Assembly: GCA_902523885.1 (NCBI GenBank)
Contig: CABZAV010000001.1
Location: 114,208 to 178,207 of the forward strand
From: an uncultured SAR86 cluster bacterium
GTDB taxonomy: Bacteria > Pseudomonadota > Gammaproteobacteria > Magnimaribacterales > AG-339-G14
Reading direction: 5' to 3'
DNA: 64,000 bases
Shown here: positions 42,072 to 51,081 of the stretch, one piece after another
Position numbering within the stretch: position 1 is the stretch's first letter
Layout: each line of letters begins with the position of its first letter
The notes under the pieces: model-generated
The model's input: the letters and a program-made list of their open reading frames with translations, nothing else
Told to the model about the DNA's origin: nothing
Database searches by the model: none
Made by a program: the position numbers and the translations under genes

Positions 42072-42683
42072 ATGTTGAAACTTCATTATGCGCCAAACTC
42101 AAGAGCCGAAAGAGTCTTGTGGTTATTAGAGGAATTGGAATTACCCTACGAGTTAAACTCGATGCCTTTTCATCCAGAAGCACTTAAGTCAGATGAACAT
42201 CGCAAAAGACATCCCCTTGGAAGAATACCGGTTTTAGAAGATGGTGAAGTGAGTATTTACGAATCCGGTGCAATAATCGATTATGTGCTGGAAAAGCATA
42301 AAAATGGTGGTTTAAAGCCTTCAGTCGATTCTTCTGAGTATCCATATTACTTACAATGGTTCCATTTCTGTGAGGGTATGATTGCCCAACCAATGAATAC
42401 CATTGTTGTTCATACTATTCTTCTTCCACCCGAAAGAAGAGACGAAACTGTTCTGGGCCAAGCACAGCGTTTAGCTTCTAAATCCTTAGCTGCGATCGAG
42501 ACAGCTCTAGATGGCAAAGAGTATTTGGTGGGAGATTTTTCTGGTGTTGAATTTATGACTGGTCATTGCTGTACTAAATTATCTGATTTGGGATGTGTAA
42601 CAGATGAAATGCCAAACTTAAAAGCATATGTTGAAAGAATTAAGGCAAGACCAGCTTTTCAAAAAGCTACTTCAACAACTTAA
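42072..42683 (+). CDS. Glutathione S-transferase
   Basis: PNSRA..VLWLLEEL, HPLGRIPVL, ESGAI and RPAF motifs; SD AGGAG upstream. Confidence 0.93.
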   Translation: MLKLHYAPNSRAERVLWLLEELELPYELNSMPFHPEALKSDEHRKRHPLGRIPVLEDGEVSIYESGAIIDYVLEKHKNGGLKPSVDSSEYPYYLQWFHFCEGMIAQPMNTIVVHTILLPPERRDETVLGQAQRLASKSLAAIETALDGKEYLVGDFSGVEFMTGHCCTKLSDLGCVTDEMPNLKAYVERIKARPAFQKATSTT

Positions 42684-42694
42684 AAGGCCTAGAT

Positions 42695-43108
42695 ATGAAA
42701 GTAGAAAATAAAGTAAATCCTAACGAAGAACAAATGGCAGGATTTTTAGAAGGAGATAATGATTCTCCTATAGAAATGGTGAATCTTCTTAAGTTCAAAG
42801 AAAAAGCGGAGTACGAAGATGGAAGGGAAACAGATCTTTCTGGAGAGGAAGCATATGCAATTTATGGCCTAGAAGTAATGGAACATTTAAAAAAAGTTGG
42901 TGCCGAATCGGTTTTTTTTGGCAAAGTCGAACGCCTAATGCTTGGGGAAGTAGAAGAGTTATGGGATATGGTGGCTATCGCTAGATATCCATCCAGAAAG
43001 GCAATGTTGAAAATGATCACAGATCCAGATTACATAGAAAGTGCTAAACATAGATCTGCAGGATTAAAGGGACAATTAAATATAGAGACCAAAACAGGTA
43101 ATAGTTAA
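42695..43108 (+). CDS. DUF1330 family protein (dimeric alpha/beta barrel)
   Basis: PIEMVNLLKF, SGEEAY..Y, WDMVAIARYPS and HRSAGL motifs. Confidence 0.8.
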   Translation: MKVENKVNPNEEQMAGFLEGDNDSPIEMVNLLKFKEKAEYEDGRETDLSGEEAYAIYGLEVMEHLKKVGAESVFFGKVERLMLGEVEELWDMVAIARYPSRKAMLKMITDPDYIESAKHRSAGLKGQLNIETKTGNS

Positions 43109-43109
43109 T

Positions 43110-44150
43110 TTGGAGCCTTTAACTTTAATAGGTGCACCTCCGTCACCCTATACTAGAAAAATGATTGCCTTAATGAGGTATCGTCACATTCCCTATAATA
43201 TTATTTGGGGAGATCCACAAAGTTTGCTTTCAGGCGAGTTCAAAAATCTTGGCATTGATCCACCTAAACCTGTTTTGCTTCCAACTTTTATACTTCCGGA
43301 TGAAAAGGGAATTCTAAAAGCAGAGACAGACTCAACTCCATTAATTAGAAGATTTGAAAGCGAGTACGAAGATAGAAAATGTCTTCCAGGAGATCCTGCC
43401 TTAAATTTTTTAAATTTCCTTTTGGAAGATTTCGCTGATGAATGGGTTACTAAGTTTATGTTTCATTATCGTTGGCATTTCGACGAAGACGCTGATAATG
43501 CCGGTACTTTGTTGCCTCTAGCTCAGACAACTAATCTGCCTGACGAAATTCATCAATCAGCAAAAAAATATATTTCTGAAAGACAAATTGAGCGACTTAG
43601 AGTGGTTGGTTCCAATGATACAACGGCTCCAATTATTGAAGCTAGTTACAAAAGATTTTTGAGTATTTTAGAAAAACATTTTAAAAATTCTCCTTTCTTA
43701 TTAGGACAAAGAGCAAGTTCAGCAGATTTTGGTCTTTATGGGCAATTGAGTCAGCTTATTGGCTTTGATCCTACGTCTAGAAAAATTGCCCATGATCTAT
43801 CTCCTAGAACAGTAGCTTGGATCAATGTCATTGAAGACTTATCTGGATTGGAAATTTCTGAGGAGGGATGGACTAAATTAGAAGACTTGCCAGAAAGTAT
43901 TTTTGACCTTCTCAACGAGGTAGGCCGAGGCTATGTACCGGCTCTTTTAACAAACAAAGCAGCACATGAAGAAGGTGAAAAAACATGGGAAGCTGAAATA
44001 GATGGCTGTCCTTGGGTTCAACAAACATTTCCCTATCAATCAAAATGCTTGAAATGGATAAACGAAGAATATCTAAAACTTGATGAAATGGATAGAAGCA
44101 GAATTGACAACGTGCTTAAAGACACAGGCTGTGAAAAATTATTTCTCTAA
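43110..44150 (+). CDS. Long glutathione S-transferase-like protein
   Basis: SPYTRKM...RY, DSTPLI, EDFADEW and FLLG..S.ADFGLYGQL motifs; TTG start 1 nt after the previous stop. Confidence 0.85.
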   Translation: MEPLTLIGAPPSPYTRKMIALMRYRHIPYNIIWGDPQSLLSGEFKNLGIDPPKPVLLPTFILPDEKGILKAETDSTPLIRRFESEYEDRKCLPGDPALNFLNFLLEDFADEWVTKFMFHYRWHFDEDADNAGTLLPLAQTTNLPDEIHQSAKKYISERQIERLRVVGSNDTTAPIIEASYKRFLSILEKHFKNSPFLLGQRASSADFGLYGQLSQLIGFDPTSRKIAHDLSPRTVAWINVIEDLSGLEISEEGWTKLEDLPESIFDLLNEVGRGYVPALLTNKAAHEEGEKTWEAEIDGCPWVQQTFPYQSKCLKWINEEYLKLDEMDRSRIDNVLKDTGCEKLFL

Positions 44151-44617
44151 TGAAATTAATCAATAATTTATTTCCAAAAGATGCTTCCTTATACAACGGG
44201 AGTAAAATAGCTTTTTATGGTTTTATTCTCTTTCTGGCTTTGATGACTTGGCGGGCAATCATACATATGTTCTTTTGGGAGACCGGACTGCATGACATTG
44301 CAAATGTAATTGTTCTTGAAGGAAAGCCTGATCCAATGATTCCTATCTATTTATTTTTTTCCTTGTGGGGTCTTCAACAAATCTTAACATGCCTCATTAG
44401 CTTAATAGTTCTATTGAAATATCAAGGCCTGATTCCCTTAATGATTTTGATTTTTGCGCTCGAATGGTGGATAAGAACTTTTTACAGTTTGATGGGAATG
44501 CCATCGATTATTGTTGGATATACTGATGGTGTTACACCAGGGGCAGTTGGAGCACCATTTGCAGGTGTTTTGCTTTTAATAATGTTAGCTCTGTCTCTGC
44601 GATCTAAAAATGCTTAA
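44150..44617 (+). CDS. Hypothetical integral membrane protein (about 4 TM)
   Basis: Four hydrophobic segments; overlaps the genes on both sides (TAATG upstream, 8 nt downstream), consistent with translational coupling. Confidence 0.75.
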   Translation: MKLINNLFPKDASLYNGSKIAFYGFILFLALMTWRAIIHMFFWETGLHDIANVIVLEGKPDPMIPIYLFFSLWGLQQILTCLISLIVLLKYQGLIPLMILIFALEWWIRTFYSLMGMPSIIVGYTDGVTPGAVGAPFAGVLLLIMLALSLRSKNA

Positions 44618-46259
44618 AAAAATCCTCTATATTTCAGGTACGCTTTTATTAATTGTCTCCATCGTCTGGGAATACAAGGTAAATATATTAATTTGGACCA
44701 TTCCAACATTGATGAACATAGCTAATCCGGTTCAAGAAAATATTCCTACGAATTGGTCTACTGGGCCAAGCGAAATTCAAAAAAGAACAGACGAAAGACC
44801 AAACATAATCTTAATATTAGCTGATGACATGGGTTACAACGACATATCTCTGCATAATGGCGGAGCTGCAGATGGCTCTCTTAAGACACCAAACATTGAT
44901 TCGTTAGCTCAAAGCGGAGCTTGGTTTTCTAGAGGCTATGCAGCTAATGCAACTTGCGCACCGTCAAGAGCTTCAATAATGTCAGGTAAATATCCAACAA
45001 GATTTGGATACGAATTTACTCCTGTTCCAGATGCATCAAGATTTATCGTTAGTTGGTTAGTTGAAGAAGATGATCCTGTTTTGAGAGCGAGAATCGATTC
45101 GGAGTTAGCGAATAGTCTGCCTAGTTTTATGGAAATGGGCATGCCAACAGAACAAATAACAATTGCTGAGGTTCTACGGGATGCTGGTTATTACACTGCT
45201 CACATTGGCAAATGGCATTTAGGACACGCCTACGGAATGGACCCCCAGAGTCAAGGATTTGAAGATTCCTTAACTTTGGCAGGAAGCAGTTATTTGCCGG
45301 AAAACGATCCTAAGGTGATAAATGCAAAATTTGATACGAATATAGACAGAATGGTTTGGACAAGTAGTCAATATGCAGCCAGGTTCAACGGCGGTGATCT
45401 TTTTAAACCTGACAAATATGTCACTGACTACTATACCGATGAAGCATTGAAAGTTATTGAAAAAAATCAAAATAGACCGTTTTTTTTATATTTAAGTCAT
45501 TGGGCAATTCATAATCCCCTCCAAGCGTTGAGAAGTGATGTGGAGCAGATGACTCATATGCCTGATCATAACCTTCAAGTTTATTCTGGGATGATTGCTG
45601 CATTAGATAGAGGTGTTGGAAAAGTTATAGACAAACTTAAAGAGTTAAAAATTTATGGAAAAACTTTAATTATCTTTACAAGCGATAATGGAGGCGCAAA
45701 TTATATTGAGTTAGAAGATATCAATAAGCCTTACCGAGGTTGGAAAATAAGTTTTTTTGAAGGCGGAATAAGAGTGCCATTTATATTTAGCTGGCCAAAT
45801 GAAATAAGTTCAGATGTAAAAATAGATAGCGCGATACATCATTTTGATATCTTTTCTACGATTGCTTCTGCAGCAGGTATTAATACTGATAATTTAAATT
45901 TGGATGGAGTGAATCTATTGCCTTATATTAAAAAAGAAAATTTAGACAGACCTCATAAAACACTTTTTTGGCGCTCTGGAAATCATCAAGCTGTCTTGCA
46001 TGAAAATTGGAAATATATAGTTAGCAAAAAAGAAAACTTTAGCTGGTTATTTGATACTGCTAATGATCCACTTGAAAAAAATAATTTAATTAAAAGTTAC
46101 CCAGAGAAAGCGTTGCTAATGAAAGGGCTTTTGGCAGAACATAATTCCAAACAAAGCGAGCCTTTATTTCCTTCTGTCTTCGAAATGCCGATTTTAATTG
46201 ATAAGTTTGAAGGTCAAGAATTTAAAAAGGGTGATGAATATATTTATTGGTCAAATTAA
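44610..46259 (+). CDS. Formylglycine-dependent sulfatase (S1 family), N-terminally membrane-anchored or exported
   Basis: PNIILILADDMG, CAPSRASIMSG (CxPxR), GKWHLG, SDNGG and EGGIRVP motifs. Confidence 0.93.
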   Translation: MLKKILYISGTLLLIVSIVWEYKVNILIWTIPTLMNIANPVQENIPTNWSTGPSEIQKRTDERPNIILILADDMGYNDISLHNGGAADGSLKTPNIDSLAQSGAWFSRGYAANATCAPSRASIMSGKYPTRFGYEFTPVPDASRFIVSWLVEEDDPVLRARIDSELANSLPSFMEMGMPTEQITIAEVLRDAGYYTAHIGKWHLGHAYGMDPQSQGFEDSLTLAGSSYLPENDPKVINAKFDTNIDRMVWTSSQYAARFNGGDLFKPDKYVTDYYTDEALKVIEKNQNRPFFLYLSHWAIHNPLQALRSDVEQMTHMPDHNLQVYSGMIAALDRGVGKVIDKLKELKIYGKTLIIFTSDNGGANYIELEDINKPYRGWKISFFEGGIRVPFIFSWPNEISSDVKIDSAIHHFDIFSTIASAAGINTDNLNLDGVNLLPYIKKENLDRPHKTLFWRSGNHQAVLHENWKYIVSKKENFSWLFDTANDPLEKNNLIKSYPEKALLMKGLLAEHNSKQSEPLFPSVFEMPILIDKFEGQEFKKGDEYIYWSN

Positions 46260-46295
46260 TTTGTAATAAGTTTAAAAATTAAAGAAAATAGAAAT

Positions 46296-46508
46296 ATGTT
46301 ATCCAATTTAATTGAAGTAATATTTAACCATTTAACTAATTGGGGAGTTTTTTGGTTTGGTTTTTTGTTTTTCGGGAGTATTTTTGGTGCAATATTGACT
46401 TTAATTTTCTCTGCATATGATTCAAAAACCTTAATTCTTGCGGGTTATTTTTTAGGAGCGATTTTCGGATTGATAGCTAATTATAAGGAATGGTCATGGA
46501 TCAACTAG
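46296..46508 (+). CDS. Small hypothetical membrane protein (2 TM)
   Basis: 70-aa hydrophobic ORF filling the gap; its 3' end carries the SD (AAGGA) for the desaturase. Confidence 0.6.
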   Translation: MLSNLIEVIFNHLTNWGVFWFGFLFFGSIFGAILTLIFSAYDSKTLILAGYFLGAIFGLIANYKEWSWIN

Positions 46509-47440
46509 TAGAGCAAAAAAATTTGTTTCAAAATCATCAGGAAGAAAATTTAGATCTTTCTTTGGAAGCTGAGAAAAAAATAGCTAGGTCATTTATGGGC
46601 CGAATAGAATGGGAAATGATAGCCATTGGATTAACTCAATGCCTATTTTGGTTTGGTGTTTGGGCGATGGTCTTGAATGGTTTTATGCCTCTCTGGGCAG
46701 GATGTCTCACTTTGATAATTTCTACAACTTTTGCCTATTTGCCCTCACACGCTGGACAGCATGGCCATTTATCTGGAAACAAAAAACATTTAGATTGGTT
46801 AAATTTTTGGGTAGGTCAGATTTCTTTGATACCTCTAGCTCAATCGCATGAAATTTTAAAAATAACTCATCTAAAACATCATGCTCACACCAACGATCCA
46901 AATAATGATCCTGACTATAATCATACTCACACTAGCGGTTGGTTTAAATCGGCTTTAGCTGTGCACCTTCAAACTGGCACTAGAGACGAAAGATTAAATA
47001 ACATGATCGAAAAGTGGACGGAGACAGATCCTGAATTTAAAGCCGCAAGCGAAAGAGGAGGAATGGTTCTAGTTGGTTTTTACATATTACAGATTGTTGC
47101 TGCAATTAATTTTCCTCTAGAAACTTTGCTTCTGTGGTGGCTTCCACGAAAACTGGCTACCTCATATTTGGGCGTAATATTTTCTCATATGCCCCATAAG
47201 GGTCTTCCAGTAGGAAGACACTCTGATACTAGATTTTGGTCGAATGGAATCGTTAGATTCTTCAATCACTCAATGCAAATACATGCCATGCATCACATGT
47301 ATCCAAAAATTTGTCATCATGATGAGCCAAAAGCAATAGAAGCTTTAAGGCCTTTTATGGTTGCTAGAGGCATACCTGGAGCAGATAGAATACCAGAGAG
47401 AATTACGAACAATCCTCTTACAAAATTGAAAACAGTATAA
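46490..47440 (+). CDS. Membrane fatty-acid desaturase / CrtR-like hydroxylase
   Basis: His boxes HAGQH, HLKHH(AHTNDPNNDPD) and HAMHH; several TM helices. Confidence 0.85.
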   Translation: MVMDQLVEQKNLFQNHQEENLDLSLEAEKKIARSFMGRIEWEMIAIGLTQCLFWFGVWAMVLNGFMPLWAGCLTLIISTTFAYLPSHAGQHGHLSGNKKHLDWLNFWVGQISLIPLAQSHEILKITHLKHHAHTNDPNNDPDYNHTHTSGWFKSALAVHLQTGTRDERLNNMIEKWTETDPEFKAASERGGMVLVGFYILQIVAAINFPLETLLLWWLPRKLATSYLGVIFSHMPHKGLPVGRHSDTRFWSNGIVRFFNHSMQIHAMHHMYPKICHHDEPKAIEALRPFMVARGIPGADRIPERITNNPLTKLKTV

Positions 47441-47443
47441 AAA

Positions 47444-48700
47444 TTAACTTGAGAAACTTAATTTTGGTAGATACTTCAATAAAGTAACTAAGACAATATT
47501 GAATATCGATTGAAAGATAAACAATTGCGTTACTATCAGCTCACTATTAACTAAATTTCCAAATAAGAAAAAAATAATCACAGCTGACGATCTTAAAATT
47601 TCTGGCAAGAAGCTCAATTCGTATTTTTCCATACTCATCAAAGCTATGGTCGAAGTAATCAAGAGAGTAATTGCAAAAACACTGGTGTCTTGAAAGGATT
47701 GGCTTGCAACTGAAGCAGTAACAGCCGCCGATAAAACCATAATGAAAAATAATTGAATCCAACTATAAATTTTTACTTCAAAAGAAGTTGAAGGATTGTA
47801 AGGCTCAAAATTATCCAAGTCATTTTTATAAATAGGATAATTTGTCTTTACGTCATCTGGTCGCCAGTTTGGCCTTGAAAACCAGACTCTTATTTTGTCT
47901 TTTATAGATTTAGTTCTGGTGGAGTCCTTAATCATTTCTGCAAATATGTCCAAATTGGCTTTGAAAGGATTCCAACTGCTTAAAGGCTTTGCAGTTCCAT
48001 ATATAGGTTTTAATTCATCCAGCTCTTCTTTATAAGTACCAAAGAGCCTATCCCATAAAATGAAGACGCCTCCGTAGTTGGCATCTACATAATGTTTGTT
48101 TTGAGCATGGTGAATTCTATGATTTGAAGGAGAAACAAAGACATATTCATACCAACCAAGTTTAGGAATGTGTTCTGTATGAACCCAAAATTGATAAACA
48201 AGATTTATTCCCGCTACTGTGACAAAAACTTCCGGAGGAATTCCAACTATAAAAATGGGTAAATAAAATATCCACTTCCAAAGAAAACCTGTACTTGTTT
48301 GTCTAAGCGCCGTTGATAAATTGAATTCTTCTCCATGATGATGAACCACATGAGTTGCCCATAATACTTTTACTTCATGATGCAACCGATGCATCCAGTA
48401 GTAACAAAAATCATATAAAAAGAATGCAAATATCCAAACCCATAAAGAGGAAGCAGAAAATAATTTTAGATTGTAGTATTGAGCAACGTAGGCAAAAGCT
48501 GCTCCTTGCAGGCCCAACCCAAGTAAAGGAATGTACCTACTAATAAGACCTAGACTTATACTTGTAAAAGAATCGTTTAAGCGGTAATTATTTTTGCCTG
48601 TAACTAAACCGTATACCAACTCAATAAAAATTAGCACAAAGAAAGCGGGTACGGCTAACGTTATAATTATTGAAGAATCGAATGAGCCAACTTTTTCCAT
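47444..48700 (-). CDS. Sterol desaturase / fatty acid hydroxylase family protein, alkylglycerol monooxygenase-like
   Basis: YYWMHRLHHE, HVVHH.GEEFNLSTALRQ, YQFWVHTE, HRIHH and NYGG..ILWDRLFGT motifs, plus a C-terminal TM extension. Confidence 0.88.
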   Translation of the reverse strand: MEKVGSFDSSIIITLAVPAFFVLIFIELVYGLVTGKNNYRLNDSFTSISLGLISRYIPLLGLGLQGAAFAYVAQYYNLKLFSASSLWVWIFAFFLYDFCYYWMHRLHHEVKVLWATHVVHHHGEEFNLSTALRQTSTGFLWKWIFYLPIFIVGIPPEVFVTVAGINLVYQFWVHTEHIPKLGWYEYVFVSPSNHRIHHAQNKHYVDANYGGVFILWDRLFGTYKEELDELKPIYGTAKPLSSWNPFKANLDIFAEMIKDSTRTKSIKDKIRVWFSRPNWRPDDVKTNYPIYKNDLDNFEPYNPSTSFEVKIYSWIQLFFIMVLSAAVTASVASQSFQDTSVFAITLLITSTIALMSMEKYELSFLPEILRSSAVIIFFLFGNLVNSELIVTQLFIFQSIFNIVLVTLLKYLPKLSFSS

Positions 48701-48706
48701 GGAAGA

Positions 48707-48769
48707 ATTTTAGTTTAAATATATGAAAACACAAAAATTTATTGCTTTTGACAAAAAGTTAACTAACCT
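48707..48769. promoter_or_regulatory. Back-to-back sigma70-like promoters, both apparently leaderless
   Basis: Minus strand: TTGTGT-16-TAAAAT-6-ATG(48700). Plus strand: TTGCTT-16-TAACCT-6-ATG(48776). Confidence 0.5.
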
Positions 48770-48775
48770 TAGAAC

Positions 48776-49354
48776 ATGTCATTCACTTTGCAATTGGGCC
48801 AGAAAGCTCCAGAATTTAACCTAATTTCTACAAGCAATGAAAATGTTTCCATTACAAGCTTTGATTCTAAATTTTTAGTCATTTTTTTTACATGCAATCA
48901 TTGTCCTTATGTTACCGGATCGGATGAGGTAACTAGACAAACTGCAAATAAATTCAGAGATAAAGACGTGAGCTTTATCGCTATCAACTCAAACAGCGCA
49001 AATACATATGAAGAAGACAGCTTTGAAAATATGATTTTGAGAATGGAAGAATTTAATTTTCCTTGGGTTTATTTACATGATGCCGATCAGGAAATTGCAC
49101 TGAAATATGGAGCTCTCAAAACTCCGCACTTCTATGTTTTTAATGAACAAAGGAAATTGATCTATACCGGTAGGGGAGTGGATTCACCGTTAGATGCAAA
49201 TAAAATTAAAATCAACAATCTTGAATTAGTTCTTGATGAGCTTACTTCAAATACATTAATATCTATTCCCATCACAAACCCAATTGGGTGTAGTTTAAAA
49301 TGGGAAGGTAAGGATGCTCATTGGATGCCACCTGAGGCATGTGATCTTGTATAA
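48776..49354 (+). CDS. Thioredoxin-fold AhpC/TSA-like redoxin
   Basis: APEF, FTCNHCPYV (CxxC), INSN, TPHFYVF and IGCSLKW motifs. Confidence 0.88.
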   Translation: MSFTLQLGQKAPEFNLISTSNENVSITSFDSKFLVIFFTCNHCPYVTGSDEVTRQTANKFRDKDVSFIAINSNSANTYEEDSFENMILRMEEFNFPWVYLHDADQEIALKYGALKTPHFYVFNEQRKLIYTGRGVDSPLDANKIKINNLELVLDELTSNTLISIPITNPIGCSLKWEGKDAHWMPPEACDLV

Positions 49355-49370
49355 ATTTTAAGGAGTAGAT

Positions 49371-50069
49371 ATGACAGATTTAGCCACACTAACGAAGCAA
49401 GGAGATGTTTCAATAATTAAACTTGATGATGGAAAAGCCAATGCTTTTTCTCTGGACATGTTGGAGAGCCTCAATGCTTGTTTGGCTGAAGTACCAAGGG
49501 ACTCAGGATCTTTGATAATCACTGGGAGAGAAGGCCTTTTTTCTGCTGGATTTGATTTAAAAACTCTTGCATCCGGAGACGTGGAAGCTGCACAAAAGAT
49601 GGTTAAGCTTGGTTTCAATACACTCCTAGACTTATATTCATTTCCTAGACCTATCGTGGCTGCAATTTCTGGCCATGCCGTCGCACTTGGAATTTTTGTT
49701 GCTTGTTGTTGTGATTATAGGATTGGAATTGAAGGAAAGTTTATCTGCCAAGCCAATGAAGTTAGAAACAACATGGACATTCCTGTGCAGATTATGGAGA
49801 TAGTTAAAGATAGACTTGATAAAAAGCATTTTTATAAAGCGATATATCATGCGGAAGTTTACCCAATGCACGAAGCCATTTCTGCTGGGTACATTGACGA
49901 AATTGTGCCTCCAGCAAACTTGATGGAAAAAGCTTTAGAAAAAGCTAAAGATTTAGCAACTTTAGGCCATCCTTACTATATGAACACCAAAAATGTGTAT
50001 CAAGCCGATGTCGTTGCTAAAATTAAAGAAGGAATTGAAGGGGCGAGACCGCCAGGACAAACTGCTTAA
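49371..50069 (+). CDS. Enoyl-CoA hydratase/isomerase (crotonase) family
   Basis: DDGKANA, FSAGFDL, GHAVALG, ANEV and AGYIDE motifs; SD AGGAG upstream. Confidence 0.9.
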   Translation: MTDLATLTKQGDVSIIKLDDGKANAFSLDMLESLNACLAEVPRDSGSLIITGREGLFSAGFDLKTLASGDVEAAQKMVKLGFNTLLDLYSFPRPIVAAISGHAVALGIFVACCCDYRIGIEGKFICQANEVRNNMDIPVQIMEIVKDRLDKKHFYKAIYHAEVYPMHEAISAGYIDEIVPPANLMEKALEKAKDLATLGHPYYMNTKNVYQADVVAKIKEGIEGARPPGQTA

Positions 50070-50070
50070 A

Positions 50071-51081
50071 TTATTTTTTTTCTAAAAGATAATGGTTAAC
50101 AAACCATTCGTTACCATCATTAATTTTAAAAAATTCTTCGACGGTTAGAAAAAAAATTCGCCATCTTTGAAACCACAAATTTGCATCGTCGTAATGCTTT
50201 GCAAACATAGCTAAAGTTTCTTTTTTATTTTTATAGTGATTCGATAGCCAGTCTCTCGATGTAAGAGAATAATGTTTGCCGTTTACTTTCCAATCTTTTA
50301 TGACAGTCATATCATTGGAAAAATAATTAAAGATATCTTGTGACGGCATTATTCCTCCTAAAAAGAAGAATTTAGTCATCCAGTCAGCATCACCGGAAAT
50401 TTCATAAGGATACAAAAAATCTTTATGACAAAAAATATGAACAAATAGTTTGCCTTTTTCTGTAAGCATATTAGCTACTTTTGAAAGAAGCTTTTCGTAA
50501 TTTCTCATATGCTCAAACATTTCTATTGAAACAATTCGATCAAATTTATCTTCTAGATTTAATTCGTTTATATCTACTTTTAAAGCAGTGATATTATTTA
50601 AGCCTCTTGATATTGCTTCGGTGGTAATAAAGTCTATCTGGTCTTGAGAATTGCTAATGGAAGTAAAAGAATTTTTAGGAAACCTTTCTGCAGCAAATAA
50701 ACTAAAACTTCCCCAGCCACAGCCCAAGTCTAGAATCTTTTGACCATCACAAATTTCAGCTCTGCTGAGATAAAGCTCAAGCATTTTTTCTTCTGCTTCG
50801 ACCAAGGTTTCTTTTTGAGTTTCATATAAACAACAGGAATATTTTAAATTCTTGCCCAACACCTTAGTAAAAAATGATGGTGGAACTTCGTAATGCTGTT
50901 CGTTAGCTTCAAGAGTTTGTTCGGCTATAGATCCTTCTTTGAAAGAAGCTGTAATATTTGATTTTTCAGACAACAAGGACTTATCTTCTAATCTACTCAA
51001 GCTAAGTTTTCTTATTGCAATTCTTAATAAGAAGTCTGGAATAAAGCCTTTTTCAGCTAACCATAATCCTAATCTCATCAT
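50071..51081 (-). CDS. SAM-dependent methyltransferase, CFA/CMAS family (coclaurine-N-methyltransferase-like branch)
   Basis: ANEQHYEVP, LKYSCC, LDLGCGWGS, SIEMFEHMRNY, HIFCH and FFLGGIMPS motifs. Start at ATG 51081 (ATGA overlap). Confidence 0.88.
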   Translation of the reverse strand: MMRLGLWLAEKGFIPDFLLRIAIRKLSLSRLEDKSLLSEKSNITASFKEGSIAEQTLEANEQHYEVPPSFFTKVLGKNLKYSCCLYETQKETLVEAEEKMLELYLSRAEICDGQKILDLGCGWGSFSLFAAERFPKNSFTSISNSQDQIDFITTEAISRGLNNITALKVDINELNLEDKFDRIVSIEMFEHMRNYEKLLSKVANMLTEKGKLFVHIFCHKDFLYPYEISGDADWMTKFFFLGGIMPSQDIFNYFSNDMTVIKDWKVNGKHYSLTSRDWLSNHYKNKKETLAMFAKHYDDANLWFQRWRIFFLTVEEFFKINDGNEWFVNHYLLEKK

